This document shows, piece after piece, positions 1 through 13,717 of a stretch of 64,000 nt of DNA (the first letter of the stretch is position 1; the number at the start of each line of letters is the position of its first letter). The notes beneath the pieces are model-generated. The model did no database searches. It was given only the letters and a program-made list of their open reading frames with translations, and was not told the DNA's origin. The stretch comes from Vitrella brassicaformis CCMP3155 (lineage: Eukaryota; Protista; Chromerida). The stretch covers positions 62,001 to 126,000 of the forward strand of contig CDMY01000284.1 in assembly GCA_001179505.1 (NCBI GenBank), in the 5' to 3' direction. The position numbers and the translations under genes are program-made.

Positions 1-1058
1 GACGATGGTACTCCATCGGGGTGTGTGTGTTCATTCCGGAGTGTCCATCCTTGCCGCGGGGGCCCAGCAGTGTCTTGGGAGGGTGGGCGCGTGACATGCT
101 GGCGCAATCATGAGTCCGGCAGCGAGCCACTGGCTGCTCGCCGCTCGGCTTTTGATTGCGTTGTCAAGGTACGCCTTTTCACCCTCTGGTGACCCAAAGA
201 GGATGTGAACGGCTAGATAATGAGTGACCCAATTCGACTCCGCTATATATGTGCTGTGTGGGCTCGTCCGTGCCCCCTGTCTACGCTAGCAGTATATACA
301 CCTCCCTCCGCTGCCTTCCATCCCACGCAAGATGCCGCACCGTACCCTGCCTGCTTTCCCCCAATTTTTCTTTCCTACTCCCTGCCTGCCTGCCTGCCTG
401 CCTCTGCTTGTCGTGTTGATGGGCTAGCCCTCAGCTAGATTTTCGAGGCATGACTGACTAGCTGGTTATCCGTGTAGTATTGGTCTGAGAAACGAAGAGC
501 GGGCGACACGCCAGATATGCATTCTGATCGATCATATTTTTCTCTGGCCATCCATCCGCCCGTCCCTCCAATGCCTGCCTCCCTGTGAGCGAAGTTTTTC
601 TGTCTGGCAGGCTGTCTGTCTGCCTGCCGGCGCGCTGGCCTGGGTGCCTACGAATGCGTCCACAAATGTCCAGGGGGGGATTTTGAGATGGGCACTTGTG
701 TGTGTGTGTTGAGCGGATCTATTGATCAGCCATGGATCGTTGTGCAGCGAGTGAGAGAGAGAGAGTGCGTGTAGCCACCCGTTGTTTTGTTACTCACTTG
801 TGCGCGCGGGGGGCGACAGAACGGAGAGAGAGTGAGGGGGAGAGAGAGAGAGAGACAGTGAAGTGGGGCGCAGCGGAAGGACCGACATACACTCACTCGT
901 GGATTGTGCCTGGATGGATGGATGGAGCACATAGATGCGATGCGTGGACACGTGTGTGTGTGGTGTCGACAAGTAAGGCTCATGGATCAGTGAGTGACAC
1001 AGAGGTATCTATCAGCAGCAGAGCACACAGCAGCGGGGACCCCCCGCCCGCTCATGAA

Positions 1059-4000
1059 TCAGGCATTGACAAATCTCTGGAACTTGAACCGAACCGACAC
1101 GCGCGTCTCACTCACGTCATACCGATCTGCAGTGCACAACACAACACAACACATCAAACAAGCAACATATATAACCACGAGACACACTCCACACACTATG
1201 TACTGGCCGCTCGAGCTGACCTGCCGGCTGAACGGTCCACATGGTGGGGAATCCTTTTGCGTCGCTTTCCTCACACTGGGGCATCAGGTCACTCGCATCG
1301 TTGAAGTGGTCGGCCAGCGTGTCTTTGGCCTCGTCGGGCCAGCTATCGATCGGCAGCAGGGCCAGCAGGGGCACCTGGAACCACGCCAGCTTGTTGTTGG
1401 CCCGTAGGACATTGTGATCGATCACCTGCACTCAGCCATCCATCCATCCATCCAGTTTGGGCAGACAGACATGTGTGTCATGTGTGTGGCAGTGCAGTGG
1501 TCGTGGCGTTCGTCCCGTCACCTCTGCGAATATGATATCGTTAGCGCCATCGGTGATGTGAAACTCGAATACCTCGTCCCACTCGGGACTGTCACTGCTG
1601 GCGATCTTCTGCACACAAGAGGACACATGGGACAGCACATGCATGAGCCCCTTTCCTCTGCCCCTCCGCCCCGCCCCGCACCCTGGTCTTCTTGACGTGT
1701 GACTTGGGTGCCCTCTTGATGATGCTCTGGGCAGAGTAGAACCACCCCCGATATGGACCAACATTGCCGTCCGACGGCCGCTGCTGCTCCGCCATGAGCC
1801 CCGTGGCGTGCGGCAGCTTGGCGAGCTCGATCTTCCCGAGAGTGAGCTTCACGTAGGGGTCGAACTTGCGGTCGTTGTCATCGTATGGGATGTTGGTGGC
1901 GTTGCGGACCTCCACAGTGAGCAGGCCGTCCATCTTGTTCTGGATGGACTTCTGCATCGACACTGTCCGGCTCATACTCACGGGAGACGCAAAGTCCGAC
2001 TCACGCGGTGAGGGGGCTTCCTGCAGACCACACCACACAGAGAGACAAGACAAGACTTGTATTGCGTGTCTCGTCGTCCTATGAGTGTTCGATACTTTGG
2101 CAGGTTGCAGGGTGCTGGCGCTGCCCGTGGTGCTTTTCTTGGTGGCGGCCGGGACGCTTTTGCGCGGAAGTGTGGGTGTTGGGGCCGCAGCGGTTGGGAG
2201 ACCACTTCCCGGCCGAGATGTCTGGAAGGACAAGACGGACGGACATGCCATCCTTTCCGCCCTCTGTCTTCCACAGGTCTTTCCTTCCTCTATCTGTCTC
2301 TTACTTACACCAGATGATTTCTCTGTCACAAGCAAAATACATACAGCACAGCCATTGTGTCCTTTGTTCATGTTCAGGTGGGCCCACATGGCATGTGGTT
2401 TGCTACCGAGTGGCATCCACGTGAGGCTGACATCGATACTGCCGAGGGACGTCACCTCCTCTGACGCCGACAACGAATACTCCTGCACCCACCACACCAC
2501 AAGCACACACAGGTCCGGTCCATGCCTTCATTCCACAGAGGGGACCAGCTTGGGGCTCGGTTGTTGTTTGCCGTTCTGTCTGTTTTTGTCTCTTAGAGTA
2601 TACTCTATGCATGGAGATGTCCCTCTGCAGCGATGCCAGTGGTATGGACACGCTGCCCAGGAAATCGTCAGCCGTCCCGACGTCGTAATCGTATACACTG
2701 ATCTGTCAGATCAAAGAATAGCCAGCCAGCCTGCGATGCGCGCATCGTATCAACTCAGACACACACACACAGCCTACGTCGAGATCCTGGACAGAGATGT
2801 CGCGGATCTGTTATCCACCAGCAGACACGAAAGCGATGGATGATAGAAATCCCGTCGTCTTGCTGTCCAGGGCTACTTACTTTGAGCTGGAAGCACTCGT
2901 TCCAGGTCGGGTTCAGATTGCGCCACTTGACGGAACTCTGCACCATGTCCTGACCACCTGACTCACACGCACACTCGCTGAGTGCATCCCCGACAGCAAG
3001 AATGGTCCATTGCGTACCGACAGAGAAGATGACGTATGGGTCTGACCGCCCCAGTAGGTCTGACGCCTTGAGATTCTTCGCAGCATAAAGATGGATCTTT
3101 AGGTAGCCCTGCGGCTCGACGAGATTGAGGTCCTGGTAGGACAGCTGGCAGAAGTCCAGCAGTGTGGTCTCGTCAAACAGAGGAATGGGCATCTCATTTG
3201 GATACACAAACCCCTCTGCAATGCACACAAAAGACAGAGACACGACATCAGAGTGAGCAGTGGGAAAGTGGGGGCCGGGGTGGATTCTGTCACCGAGGAC
3301 AACATCTCTGACGATGGTCCGGACCAGCCTCGTGATGCCGAGAGACCACCGAAACGCCTCAAAGTCAAAGTTTAGTTTTGGTCTCTTTGCGAAGGAGACA
3401 CGGAGGACGGCAAAGTATGGCTGCATGAAGCCACGTACAGCAGGTAAGAGACATGGTCCGGCCATGTATCTGGCTGGGTAAGACAGCTCATGTGTCCCTC
3501 ACTCACTCACTCACTCACTCACTCACCGGTTGTGGGATGAAGTGCTCGAACTTTAACCTCAGCCGCCCCTGCATGTTGATGTTCTTCACGCCCACCACCC
3601 CGAGACACCAGGAGCCCTGCCATATAGACATGGCCGCGTTCCCCTGCGCACACAGACGACACGACACGACACACATCCTGCAAGGAATGCGGCAGAATGC
3701 CTGTTCCCACCGTGCTTTGCAGCCGATACATGATGTCCAGCACGACAGAAGCCCCGGACATTTGGAAGTCCATTATGCTGAGAATCTCAGGCGGCACCTT
3801 CCCCAGGTGGAACTCATCAAAGGCGACCGTCATGCTGTTCTTCTTGGCCTTTGCCACCTCCTGGCTGCTCGCCAGGTCGTGCTTGGCCTTGCTCTCCTCC
3901 TCAGCTGCATCGGCACCCTCACCACTCAGATAAAAGTTGACCACGCCGGGAATGGTGTCCTTGAGGATGCGCGACAGCCAGTTGGAGAAGCAGGGCCACA

Positions 4001-4498
4001 TCTCGCCCACCACTGTGTTCAGCCACTGTGTGTCATGTTTGAACTGAGGCGGGCCGCCGCCAATGGGGCTGTGCACAGAGCTCTCCTTGTGGCCCGACGC
4101 GCGGAGGGGGACGGAGTACTTGAGCCATGTCTGCGCTGATCTAATGAGTGCGATGTCCTCCATGCACAGACCCCCGAGCACCGCTCCCACAATCACCAGA
4201 AACGACCACACACCCAGCCACCTGCATACCATTGACCAAACAAGCACACGACACACAAGCATCCATGACATGCATGAGTGCTTTTTTCTTTCTTTGGGCT
4301 GTCGGACCCGATGCAGGCGAGCAGGTAGCAGGGCAAGGCGAGCAGGAAGAGTGCTGCCCGCGCCTTGTCCTCGACCCCGGAGGGCAGACTGAGGAAGGAC
4401 CGGAGCCATTTGATGAGTGGGGTCTTGGTGGACGCCTTCTGGCTCAGGACAGCTGCCGAGGGCGAGGCTCCCTCTGGCGTAGTAAAAGCACGCTGCAT
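1059..4498 (-). CDS. Extended-synaptotagmin-like membrane contact-site protein (N-terminal TM, SMP domain, C2 domains), multi-exon
   Basis: Spliced exons give TM LLALPCYLLACIG|WLGVWSFLVIVGAV, SMP-like DTQWLNTVVGEMWPCFSNWLSRILKDTIPG, C2 GYLKIHLYAAKNLKASDLLGRSDPYVIFSVG...WRNLNPTWNECF and a second C2 GLLTVEVRNATNIP...FDPYVKLTLG. The last exon ends FQRFVNA* at 1059. The ATG at 4498 is inferred. Confidence 0.85.
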
Positions 4499-4599
4499 TG
4501 ATGGCGTTTGGCCAACAGCGAGCTCAACGGTCTCGCGACAAAACGCCGCGCGCCATTTGCTCGAGAGGTCTTGGTTTGCGAGATCTGTGGTTGCCGGCG

Positions 4600-7500
4600 A
4601 TGCCACGAGGTGGAGGAAGTCGGCGGCCGAACAGAGGAGGAGGACGGCACAATGTCGGGCACCAAGGGAGTGCACGCAGCAGGTCGGCACGATGCTGACA
4701 GATGCACACACACACATACACAGCCATGCAGGCTTGATGAATGTTTCATTCGTCTCTGCTTGCTCTTCCATCCCATCACCGTTCGTTTCATCAGGTTCTC
4801 TGACCTGCCGTCGAGGCTGAAGGAGCGGCCGCTGCCTCCCAAGGGCATCGGGAAAGTCATCCTGACCGACGAGGACAAGGCATTCGCCCTCGAGATCTTC
4901 GCACACGCCGAACAGTCCTCCCTCCCCGCCCCTAGCACTGGCAACGGCAGCGGCTCGGCTGACTCAGTGGATCCTGATGTGCAGGCGGCGACGACGGAGC
5001 TGATCAAGAAGGGCTTCAAGGGTATCGATGCCCAGCGGGCAGTGCTTTCAGTGGCGCACAAGGGAGACGAAGGTGATGCGCAAGGGACTGGCGTCAACAA
5101 GAGGGTTGATGTGCTGGTCAAGGCGGCCATTGACCACCTGGTCATGACGCTGAGCGAAACTGCTCTGCCGGCGGCCTACCGTGAGACGACAGCGATGAAG
5201 AAGGAGCGAGAGAAACAGGTGCGGGGGTGTCTGGATGGAATGGCTAGGGAGAGGACGGACACTTGACGCTTGCCTTCACGACACGACACGAGACGACACC
5301 ATGGATGTTTCTGCTTTGTCCTCTCGTGTCGTGCAGGAGGCGAAGCGTCGCGCGCTGACCCGCACCCCCGACACCCCCGGCACTCCCCGCGACGGCTTCT
5401 CTGAGTTCGATGAGCTCGGCTTCACCAAACGTGACGTCACAATGGCCATGCACAAATACAACACCCAGGACACCGACAAGCTGCGGACCATCCTGCTGGC
5501 AACACTCTGGCCTGTCGACCCACCACCAGCCGAGGGCGACGGGGCCTTTGTCGTGGAAGTGGATGTGTGGCGGCAAGAGGTACAGGAGGAGCTGGCCTCG
5601 CTCGAGAGCATCTATGAGGGCGAGGAGGCGTGCTCCCACCAGCTGACGGACGAGGGGTTTGAGGTCGCTTTGCGCCCGCCAGAGACCGAGTGGTGTGTGC
5701 GGCTGGCCCTCCCTATCCCTCCCGACCACCGCTATCCCCACGCGGCACCCATGTTGGTGTCCTGCAGACACCCACGGCTGTCACGCAAACACCGCAAGAG
5801 CTGCATTGCGGTATGTTATGCACTGCACACGGGGGAAGGAAGGAGGGAGGGAGAAACATCGCAATGATTGCATGGCGTGACGTGCCTGTGTGTGTGTGGT
5901 GGGTGCAGGCGTGTGGCTCGGCGCTGACTGAGCGTCTTGGCGGGCCCATGCTGTTTGATATCCTCGAGTGGTTCCGCCAGGTCAGATAGATGCAGGGGGT
6001 CTCGCTGACTTCCCCTAGTACTACGTTGTGCATGTGCTGCTTCAGGACGCCTCTGAATTCCTGGACGCCGCAAAGATAGAAGAGGGTCAGGCTCATGGAC
6101 AGGATGAGCACGGCGGGGTCGTGAGGGCCGGCAAGCCCAAGAAGGGCGGTGAATCGTTGTCATCGTCTGTCAAGGGCACCAAGGCACAAGTGCAGCGCAC
6201 TCTTGAACTGGCGGTCGGTCACACCAGAGACACGACCGCTTCGATGTGAATGACCTGGCTATGCTGCTGTTGTTGGTGCGGGGCGGGAGTCAGGAGGCGC
6301 ACAAGAAGGAGATAGCGGAGATGCAGCGCAAGGAAGAAGAGAAGATCGCGGTATGCTGATACCGACCAGTACACACCACCCCTCACCTACCCACATCCAT
6401 CCATCCATCCCCCACGTGTGTCTGTGGTGTGTCGTGCAGCACTTGAAGCGTCTAATGGAGGAGGATGAGGCAAGGGCGCGGGGCGACGTTCCAGTCGACA
6501 CTCAAGACGGGGATGACGAAGAACCGATCGATGATGAGGACGGTAGCGACCAGGAGAGCGATGACGACCAGGACGACACCGAGGGCACTGAGGGCACTGA
6601 CGACGCCATGCCTTCAGAGGCCGATGACGCCCCGCCCCCTGCCCCCGATCCGCAGGAGATGCTCGAAGCCGACATGCACTCCATGCACACCAGGATCAAG
6701 CAAACCGCGGTAGGTCATACAACAGAGCAGCAGCATGTCGTGTCGTGTCGTGTCGTGTTCACTCTGTGTTTTGTGTTTCTGTGTGTCAGAGTGAGAGCGA
6801 GGCGCTTCAGCGGACATTCAGGCGGCGCATCAGCCCGTACGAGGCAAAGCGAAAAGTATGCGTGTGTGCGCACAATGGTGTGAGAATTGTGTGTGGTTGA
6901 CAATCATGTGTACGGCTCTATTCAGAGCTTGCCAGCGTATCAGCAGCGTGATGCTCTGCTCGACCTCATCAACAACAATCAGGTGTGCGTCGTGTCGGGA
7001 GAGACCGGATGTGGGAAGACCACCCAGGTGCCCCAGTATGTCTTCGAGGATTGGGTGGCTCGCGGCAAGGGCGGCGCACTCAACATCGTCGTCACGCAGC
7101 CAAGAAGGTACTCATACCGAGAGAGCAGCAAAGATCGAGAATTGTCCTTGTATTCCCCATTCTTGTCTGTCGGTGGTGTGCAGGATCTCTGCCATAGGTG
7201 TGGCAGACCGCGTTGCTGCCGAAATCGGAGACCCCATCGGCGGCCTCGTGGGCTACCAAATCAGGTAGGCAAAGTGACGAACCGCACCGCACACGCCTCC
7301 AGCAGCAGCCGCGGTGTGCCATACGTGCGGCGTGTGTCTTGTCGTCATATTTCAGGATGGAGAGCAAGAAGAGCGAGAGGACCAAGATGCTCATCGTCAC
7401 CACGGGAGTGCTTCTCAGGTAGACAGACAGACACACAGACAGACAGACGATGCCTGCACACACGTGTTGTGTGTATATGTGTGTTCAAGGCGGCTTGAGT

Positions 7501-10500
7501 CTGACCCCACTCTCCGCAATGTGACGCATGTGTTCGTGGATGAGGTGCACGAACGCGGTCTCGATACCGACTTCCTCCTGATTCTGCTCAAACAAATACT
7601 CAAACAGGTGGGGAGGGATACACACCCCCCACGTATGATATGCACTCCCTCCTCTGTCTGTTTGTGTGATGTGACCGGCACAGCGGCCGCTGCTGCGTGT
7701 GGTGCTGATGTCGGCGACGCTCAATGCCGAGCTATTCAGCACCTACTTCGAGAGGTCAGGCACCCACTGACGACGATATGTAGGGCAAAACAAAGACATT
7801 GCACTCTCCTTTCGTATCCTTTTCAGTGCTCCGATGGCCCACATCCCTGGAAGGACCTTCCCTGTACACCAACACTTCATTCAGGTGCGACACGGGCAAG
7901 CCAACGAGCTGCCTTTGTGTCTATTGTGCGTCCCATCCACTGGCTGTTGCAGGATGTATTCCAGCAGACCCACCACGTCATCGAAGCGGACGGGCCATAC
8001 GCCAAGAAGGAAGCGCCGGTCGGAACACTCACGACGTGCGCCGCGGCTGTCGGTGGATGCGCTCTCTCCCTCTCCTGTCCTTAACTTCTACGCAGACTGA
8101 GTTGTATGAGCACGACTACCGGTCGTTGCGTGAGGCCCACGGCAACTACCCTGACCAAGTGCTGCTGCAAATCGCAAGGATGGAAGAGGTACGCACCCCC
8201 ACACCAACACACACACACTCACAACCCCATGACACGTTTTCCCGTCGCCTTCGCAACTTCAGGAGCGCACCAACTACGATCTGATTCGTGACCTGGTGCA
8301 CCACATCCATCGCACGCACCCCGACCCGGCCGGCGCCATACTGGTCTTCCTGCCGGGCTTCGCTGAGATCAAGAAATGCCTGGATGCCCTCGGCGGCATG
8401 GGCAACGGCGACAGGCGGGGGGCTGACCGGCCTGACTGGCGGAGGGGCGGCAGTGCTGCCGATGGCGTGTCCTCCTCACTCTATCTGCTGCCCCTACACG
8501 GCAACATTTCTGTGCAGGAGCAGAGGAGGGTCTTCGACGCGCCACCCAGAGGTCGGGCCGTCTCGGCATTTTGTGGGTGAAGGGGTGGACCCTCTGTCGT
8601 GTTTTGATGTGTTGTGTGCATCACATCCATCAGGTAGGCGCAAGGTAGTAGTGAGCACCAACATCGCAGAGACGTCGATCACCATCGAGGACATCCGCTT
8701 CGTCATCGACTCGGCACGACACAAGACTACACGATGGGACTCGTCTAATAGGGTGGGTGGGCGGGTGCGTGGGGCGTCGAAACGACCGACCAGTACACAC
8801 ACAGTGATATCCATGCCCTCATCCTCAGATAGCCGAGCTGGCCGACTGCTGGGTCTCTCAGGCCAACGCCAAGTGAGCGGACACCACGCCCAGTTCCTCC
8901 CTTCACCCAGGTAGGCATCTGTGGTGTATGTGTGTGATTGCAGTCAGCGGAAAGGTCGCGCGGGTCGTGTGGCTGAGGGCGTCTGCTACACACTCGTCAC
9001 GGGCCGGAAGTTCAGCCGCCTCGACGCGTACGAGAAGCCCGAGATGCTGCGGGTGCCCCTCGACAGCCTGTGCCTGCAGATACAACTGCTCACGTACCCA
9101 GCACACACACGCACACACACCGATCATGCACACGAAGTGATACCTGCCTGTGTGTTGTGTTGCAGGCGTCGCAGCCCCCATTCGTTCCTGCAGAACGCCT
9201 TGGAGCCGCCCAAGGAGGCGGCGATCGAGGCCTCCCTGCAGCACCTGGTCGACCTGTCGGCCATGCAGCGACGCGGCCTCAGCAAGGATGGCAACAAGAA
9301 GGCCCCCTCCCGCGCCCATCGTGGTGTGGTGAACCTGAAGAACCTCGAGCTGACGGCATTGGGTCATCACTTGGCTCGGCTGCCTGTTGATGTGACGACG
9401 GGCAAGCTGCTCGTGTACGGCTGTCTCTTCGGGTGCATGGAGGAGGTGACTGGAGAGGAAAGACGGCACACACACACAAAGTGCGAGACCGTCCGTGCAC
9501 GTCGGTGTTCGTTGGATGGGTCAGGTGTTGACGATTGCCGCCTCCTTGACCGTCCGGTCGCCCTTCGTGTCGCCCTTCGACAAGCGAGAGGAGGCCGACA
9601 AAGCCAGGCTGTCACTGGCAGGCACGTGGGCATTGAATCACTGGCAAAGGGAAATGGGTGAGCCTACCTCCCTCTCTGCGTCTGTATCTCAGGCACGCTC
9701 GACGGCGACCAGCTGGCCCTGCTCCGCGCGCACGAGACCTGGTCACGAGTCAAGGAGTCAGACGGCATGCAGGCCGCCCGCAACTGGTGCCGCAAGTTCT
9801 TCCTCGACCCCAACACCCTCTCGCAGATCGACGACATGCGCAGCCACCTGCAGAGCGTCCTGGTGGACGCCGGTTTCATCAGCCCTGGGTGGGTGCGTGA
9901 CCCTCCGCCGCCCCCTCCCGCCCTGCTTGAGGCACTGCACGGCAACAGACAGCGCACGGAATACGACAGGAGGAGATATGCCCTCGTTCGGGCGCTGCTG
10001 TGTGCGGCACTTTATCCACAAGTAAGTGGGGGGGCCAAGCGTCTCTCTGTGTGTGCACGTGTGTGCATATGTATGTGTGTGTGTGTGTGTGTGTGCATCA
10101 GATAGCCGTCAAGCAGGCCAGCAGTGGGGGTGCGAGGGGCCCCGACAAGTATGCAGCCAAGGGCATGAGGGAGGCGGAGATTCACCCCAGCAGTGTCCTC
10201 AAGAAGGGCGCCAATCACATGTACGAACACGAAAGCCTCCCCCCCCCCCCCCCCNNNNNNNNNNNNNNNNNNNNNNNNNNNNNNNNNNNNNNNNNNNNNN
10301 NNNNNNNNNNNNNNNNNNNNNNNNNNNNNNNNNNNNNNNNNNNNNNNNNNNNNNNNNNNNNNNNNNNNNNNNNNNNNNNNNNNNNNNNNNNNNNNNNNNN
10401 NNNNNNNNNNNNNNNNNNNNNNNNNNNNNNNNNNNNNNNNNNNNNNNNNNNNNNNNNNNNNNNNNNNNNNNNNNNNNNNNNNNNNNNNNNNNNNNNNNNN

Positions 10501-11208
10501 NNNNNNNNNNNNNNNNNNNNNNNNNNNNNNNNNNNNNNNNNNNNNNNNNNNNNNCCCTAACACTCACCTCTACGCATGTGCATGCACGATTGTGTGTGTC
10601 GGTTTGGTTGCCGTCCGTGCAGCTGCATTGTCTACCAGGAGAAGTCCAAAACCACCGGGCCCGACAAAGCCGCAAAGGTACTCATTCGACCGCCCCAACC
10701 TCCCCTCCCTATGCTCATCACTTCATCATTCTTCTCCGTGTGTGTGTGGTTCAGCTGTACTTGCGCGACACGACGGGTGTGTCCCTCAAATCGATTTTGG
10801 CCTTTGGAGGAGAGCTCGAGGTACACACTGCATCCGCAATGGACAGAATGACACACACGTGTGTGTGTGTTGTGTGTGTGTATGTGTATGTGTGCAGGCC
10901 AGCGAGGACCGCCGGCAGATCATCGTGGATGGGTGGTTCAGAGTCGACGCATCGCCACAGGACATCACCGTCTTCAGGTCAGATCATTCAAAAACGACAC
11001 ACACAGACAGCCGATGCATTTCCGTATCTGTGCGTGTGTGTGTGCGTGTGTGTGTGCGTGTGTGTGTGTGTGCAGGCGTCTCCGGTCGCTGCTTGACGGC
11101 GTGTTGCGTCGCAAGATCGACGCGCCGCAGGCCGATCTGGACGAGTTGGGTCTGCGTGTGGTCGACTGGATTGTGCGGCTGCTGGTGCTCGACACACAGC
11201 AGGCTTAG
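4600..11208 (+). CDS. DHX57: DEAH-box RNA helicase, DHX57-like (UBA-like, RWD, RecA1/2, HA2, OB-like), multi-exon
   Basis: Motifs [37 protein letters not shown] and [12 protein letters not shown]-like [11 protein letters not shown]...YPHAAPML lies upstream. Exon 1 [15 protein letters not shown] splices in frame to FSDLPSRL. Stop after LVLDTQQA. The DHX57 versus DHX29/36 call rests on the UBA+RWD N-terminus. Confidence 0.85.
10255..10554. other. Assembly gap (300 N), apparently inside a helicase intron
   Basis: Run of N preceded by a poly-C tract. Confidence 1.
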
Positions 11209-11504
11209 AGAGGCTGGGGAGGGGGCGACCGGACAGATGGATTAATGAGAGATTGGTACATACAGGTTTTGTTGTTCGATTCTGGCTGCAACTAACTTTC
11301 AGTGCGCAACTAACTTACAGTGAGCACACGTACCAGGTCCAAACGCACATGCACCACCCAATGCTTCATGAACAGCTGAAGCCGACACGTTCATATCGAT
11401 TGACATCTCAACACCCAACACCTTGAATCCCTATCAGCGAAGAGCCCTTCCTTGCTTGTTCCCTGGAGTGGACGCTCACAGCCCTCTCCCTCTCCCTCAG
11501 CCAG

Positions 11505-13150
11505 TCAGCGACCTCCTCTGCCGGCCGTCGCTCCGCCGGACTGGCTGCTACTAGCGATGGTCGGTGGTCTTGTCCGAATGATTCCACTCATGAATTGGCC
11601 CACCCAGTTCCGCAATCCTCTGGTCTCCCGCTCTGTCACACGCTGGGCTGCCCACTCTTGGTAGCTGAGCCTCGGACCTCCAAATACTTCAGCGAAGCGT
11701 CGAATGGGGCTTCCGCAACTGGACTGCTGGGGGCTGTTTGTGCAATCCAGCCGAAATATCGTTGAGGGGTCGTCGGCAAGGGGGTCGTCCACGTAGTCCA
11801 ATCCAAAGAGCCCCTCCATCGCCAGCTCGACCTCGAGGACTCTGCTGGTTGTGATGGCCTGCAGCTGGCTGGCCACTTGTGTGGCGGTGGGGCGCAAGGC
11901 GGGGTCGAGGTGGAGCATGCTGGTCAGCAGAAGCCGAAGGGGAGCGGGAATGAATGAAGGCAGAGGCAGCAGGGGATGGCGATTCTCTGCATTCACAGAG
12001 AGACACCACACCAACGGGAAGTATGAGAATGGGTGAGCCCTCTTGGCGCGACGTTTCTTACTGGTCCGCTGTTGACATCGGAAGAGGTCTTGCAGAATGC
12101 GGCCACACGCATCGACATCGGCAGCCCTGCCCACAAATTCTCCTCTGCCCTCCCTCTGGGCAAAGTCAAGCCCCCCCAGCAGCAGCCTCTTGCCGTCCTT
12201 CGACAGCTTGATGGCATCTGCCGTCAAATAGCCATGAGCTATACCCTGAAAAAACACACAAAAGGCAGAAACAAGCGTAATGTCTTTACTTCTCTCTCTC
12301 TTCCTCTCTGTCCACCACCCATGGCTTACGCTCTTGTGCATGTGGGCCACGGCGTCGATGAGTTGTGTCGCGATGCTCATGGCGAGTGGAAGCCCGACAG
12401 CTCGGCCGTTGTGGCGGCCGATGAAGTCCTCCAGGGACTCCGAGTCCGCCATGTACTCCATGACGAGAACAGGCTGGCCGAGCTCCTGGTAAGCCCCTAC
12501 CAGGCCGGCAATGTTGGGGTGCTCCCCCATCTCCAGAAGCAGCGACAGCATCTAAAGCAGGCAACACAACACAAAGGACAGAGAGAACTGATTGGGAGAC
12601 GGCTCTATTTTGATGCCTCACTATGCACAGACGGCTACCTGTGTCGCACTGTTCCGGCCGCCCACGTTGCTGCCGTCGACCTGCTGGTAGACCGTCATCT
12701 CGACGGTCTCCCTGCACACAGACATTCAACACGCATCCAACAGACACATACGGGGCCCACATGGATGCGGTCTCTGTGTGCATCGGATCTTCCTCACCGC
12801 AGGTTGCCGGGCCTGCTCATGAGCCCCACCATCTTGGACGTCCATCCCTGGTCGTCGTCGATGGCGGGCTGGGCAGGCAGCGGCATCACCTGCTGGGGCT
12901 CGCAGGGCGGCAGGAGGGCTCGGTGGGTGGCCAGAAACTGGCCGAAGCCTGGACACACAGACACATGGACGAGGATACGAGCGTGATCCATCTCCATTCC
13001 TTCCCTATTTGGCTTACCCCTCGATGTGGGGCTGCCCTCTTGTGGATTGTGGGGGAGGGGGATGGAGGGGAGGGGGCTGGGGAGGGGGGGAAGCACGGGG
13101 GGGCAGGGAGGCGCGAGGTCCTGCTCGAGGACGGCGGGAGCTGTCGACAT
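11505..13150 (-). CDS. Protein-kinase-fold pseudokinase, multi-exon
   Basis: GEHPNIAGLVGAYQELGQPVLVMEY, IATQLIDAVAHMHK|GIAHGYL, ADVDACGRIL and LLTSMLHLDPALRPTATQV match kinase subdomains IV-XI, but catalytic motifs are absent. Start uncertain (13150 or 13243). Confidence 0.75.
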
Positions 13151-13468
13151 CGTGGTTTTGGGGAGACGGGGGGCCGCCTTGGCCCCACAACGGTCGCAGA
13201 TCTCCCAGTCACGAATCTGCCAGCTCGCGTGCTCTTCCCGCATTCTCTGTGTGTCTTTCCAATAAGACTTGGTCAGCCGATTCTAAGATGGTCGTACGGA
13301 TGAGTCACTGTCGGGTTATCCACTGTCGGGGTGTTTGACCTGTATCAGGCCCACATTGACAGCCAACAAATACGTCTCCAACGGACACAGGAAGAGATAA
13401 CGCACACACACGGCCTCCTGACGTCCCTCTCACAACATGATGCATCGACGTGGAAGAGGCGACACCAT

Positions 13469-13500
13469 GATATATTATTATTAAAATGTAGGCCGCGATA
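13469..13500. repeat. Degenerate copy of the local GATATAAAATGTAGGCAGTGATA motif (TTA expansion)
   Basis: gatatattattattaaaatgtaggccgcgata, preceded by gacaccat as in the 15432 copy. Confidence 0.7.
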
Positions 13501-13631
13501 AGAGGCTTGCCAGAACGACAACACGTTTGTCTCTCTCTCTGTCTATCGGACTCATGTGTGCACCCGCAAGCGACCACACTCCCCTCCGGTGGAAACGCGG
13601 GCGGCACCATAAAGACACACAAACTATGTCG

Positions 13632-13654
13632 GATATAAAATGTAGGCAGTGATA
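13632..13654. repeat. Local 23-bp motif, copy 1
   Basis: gatataaaatgtaggcagtgata. Confidence 0.9.
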
Positions 13655-13717
13655 CGCGACACGCTCGGTGGGGACTACGCTTGCAGCTGCAGCCGCCTCC
13701 CGATCTTGCTGATCGTG

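Noticed and set aside
4508-4654. ORF-track starts for the helicase (MANSEL..., MSGTKG...)
   Set aside because: These frames do not splice in phase to exon 2; the ATG at 4600 does.
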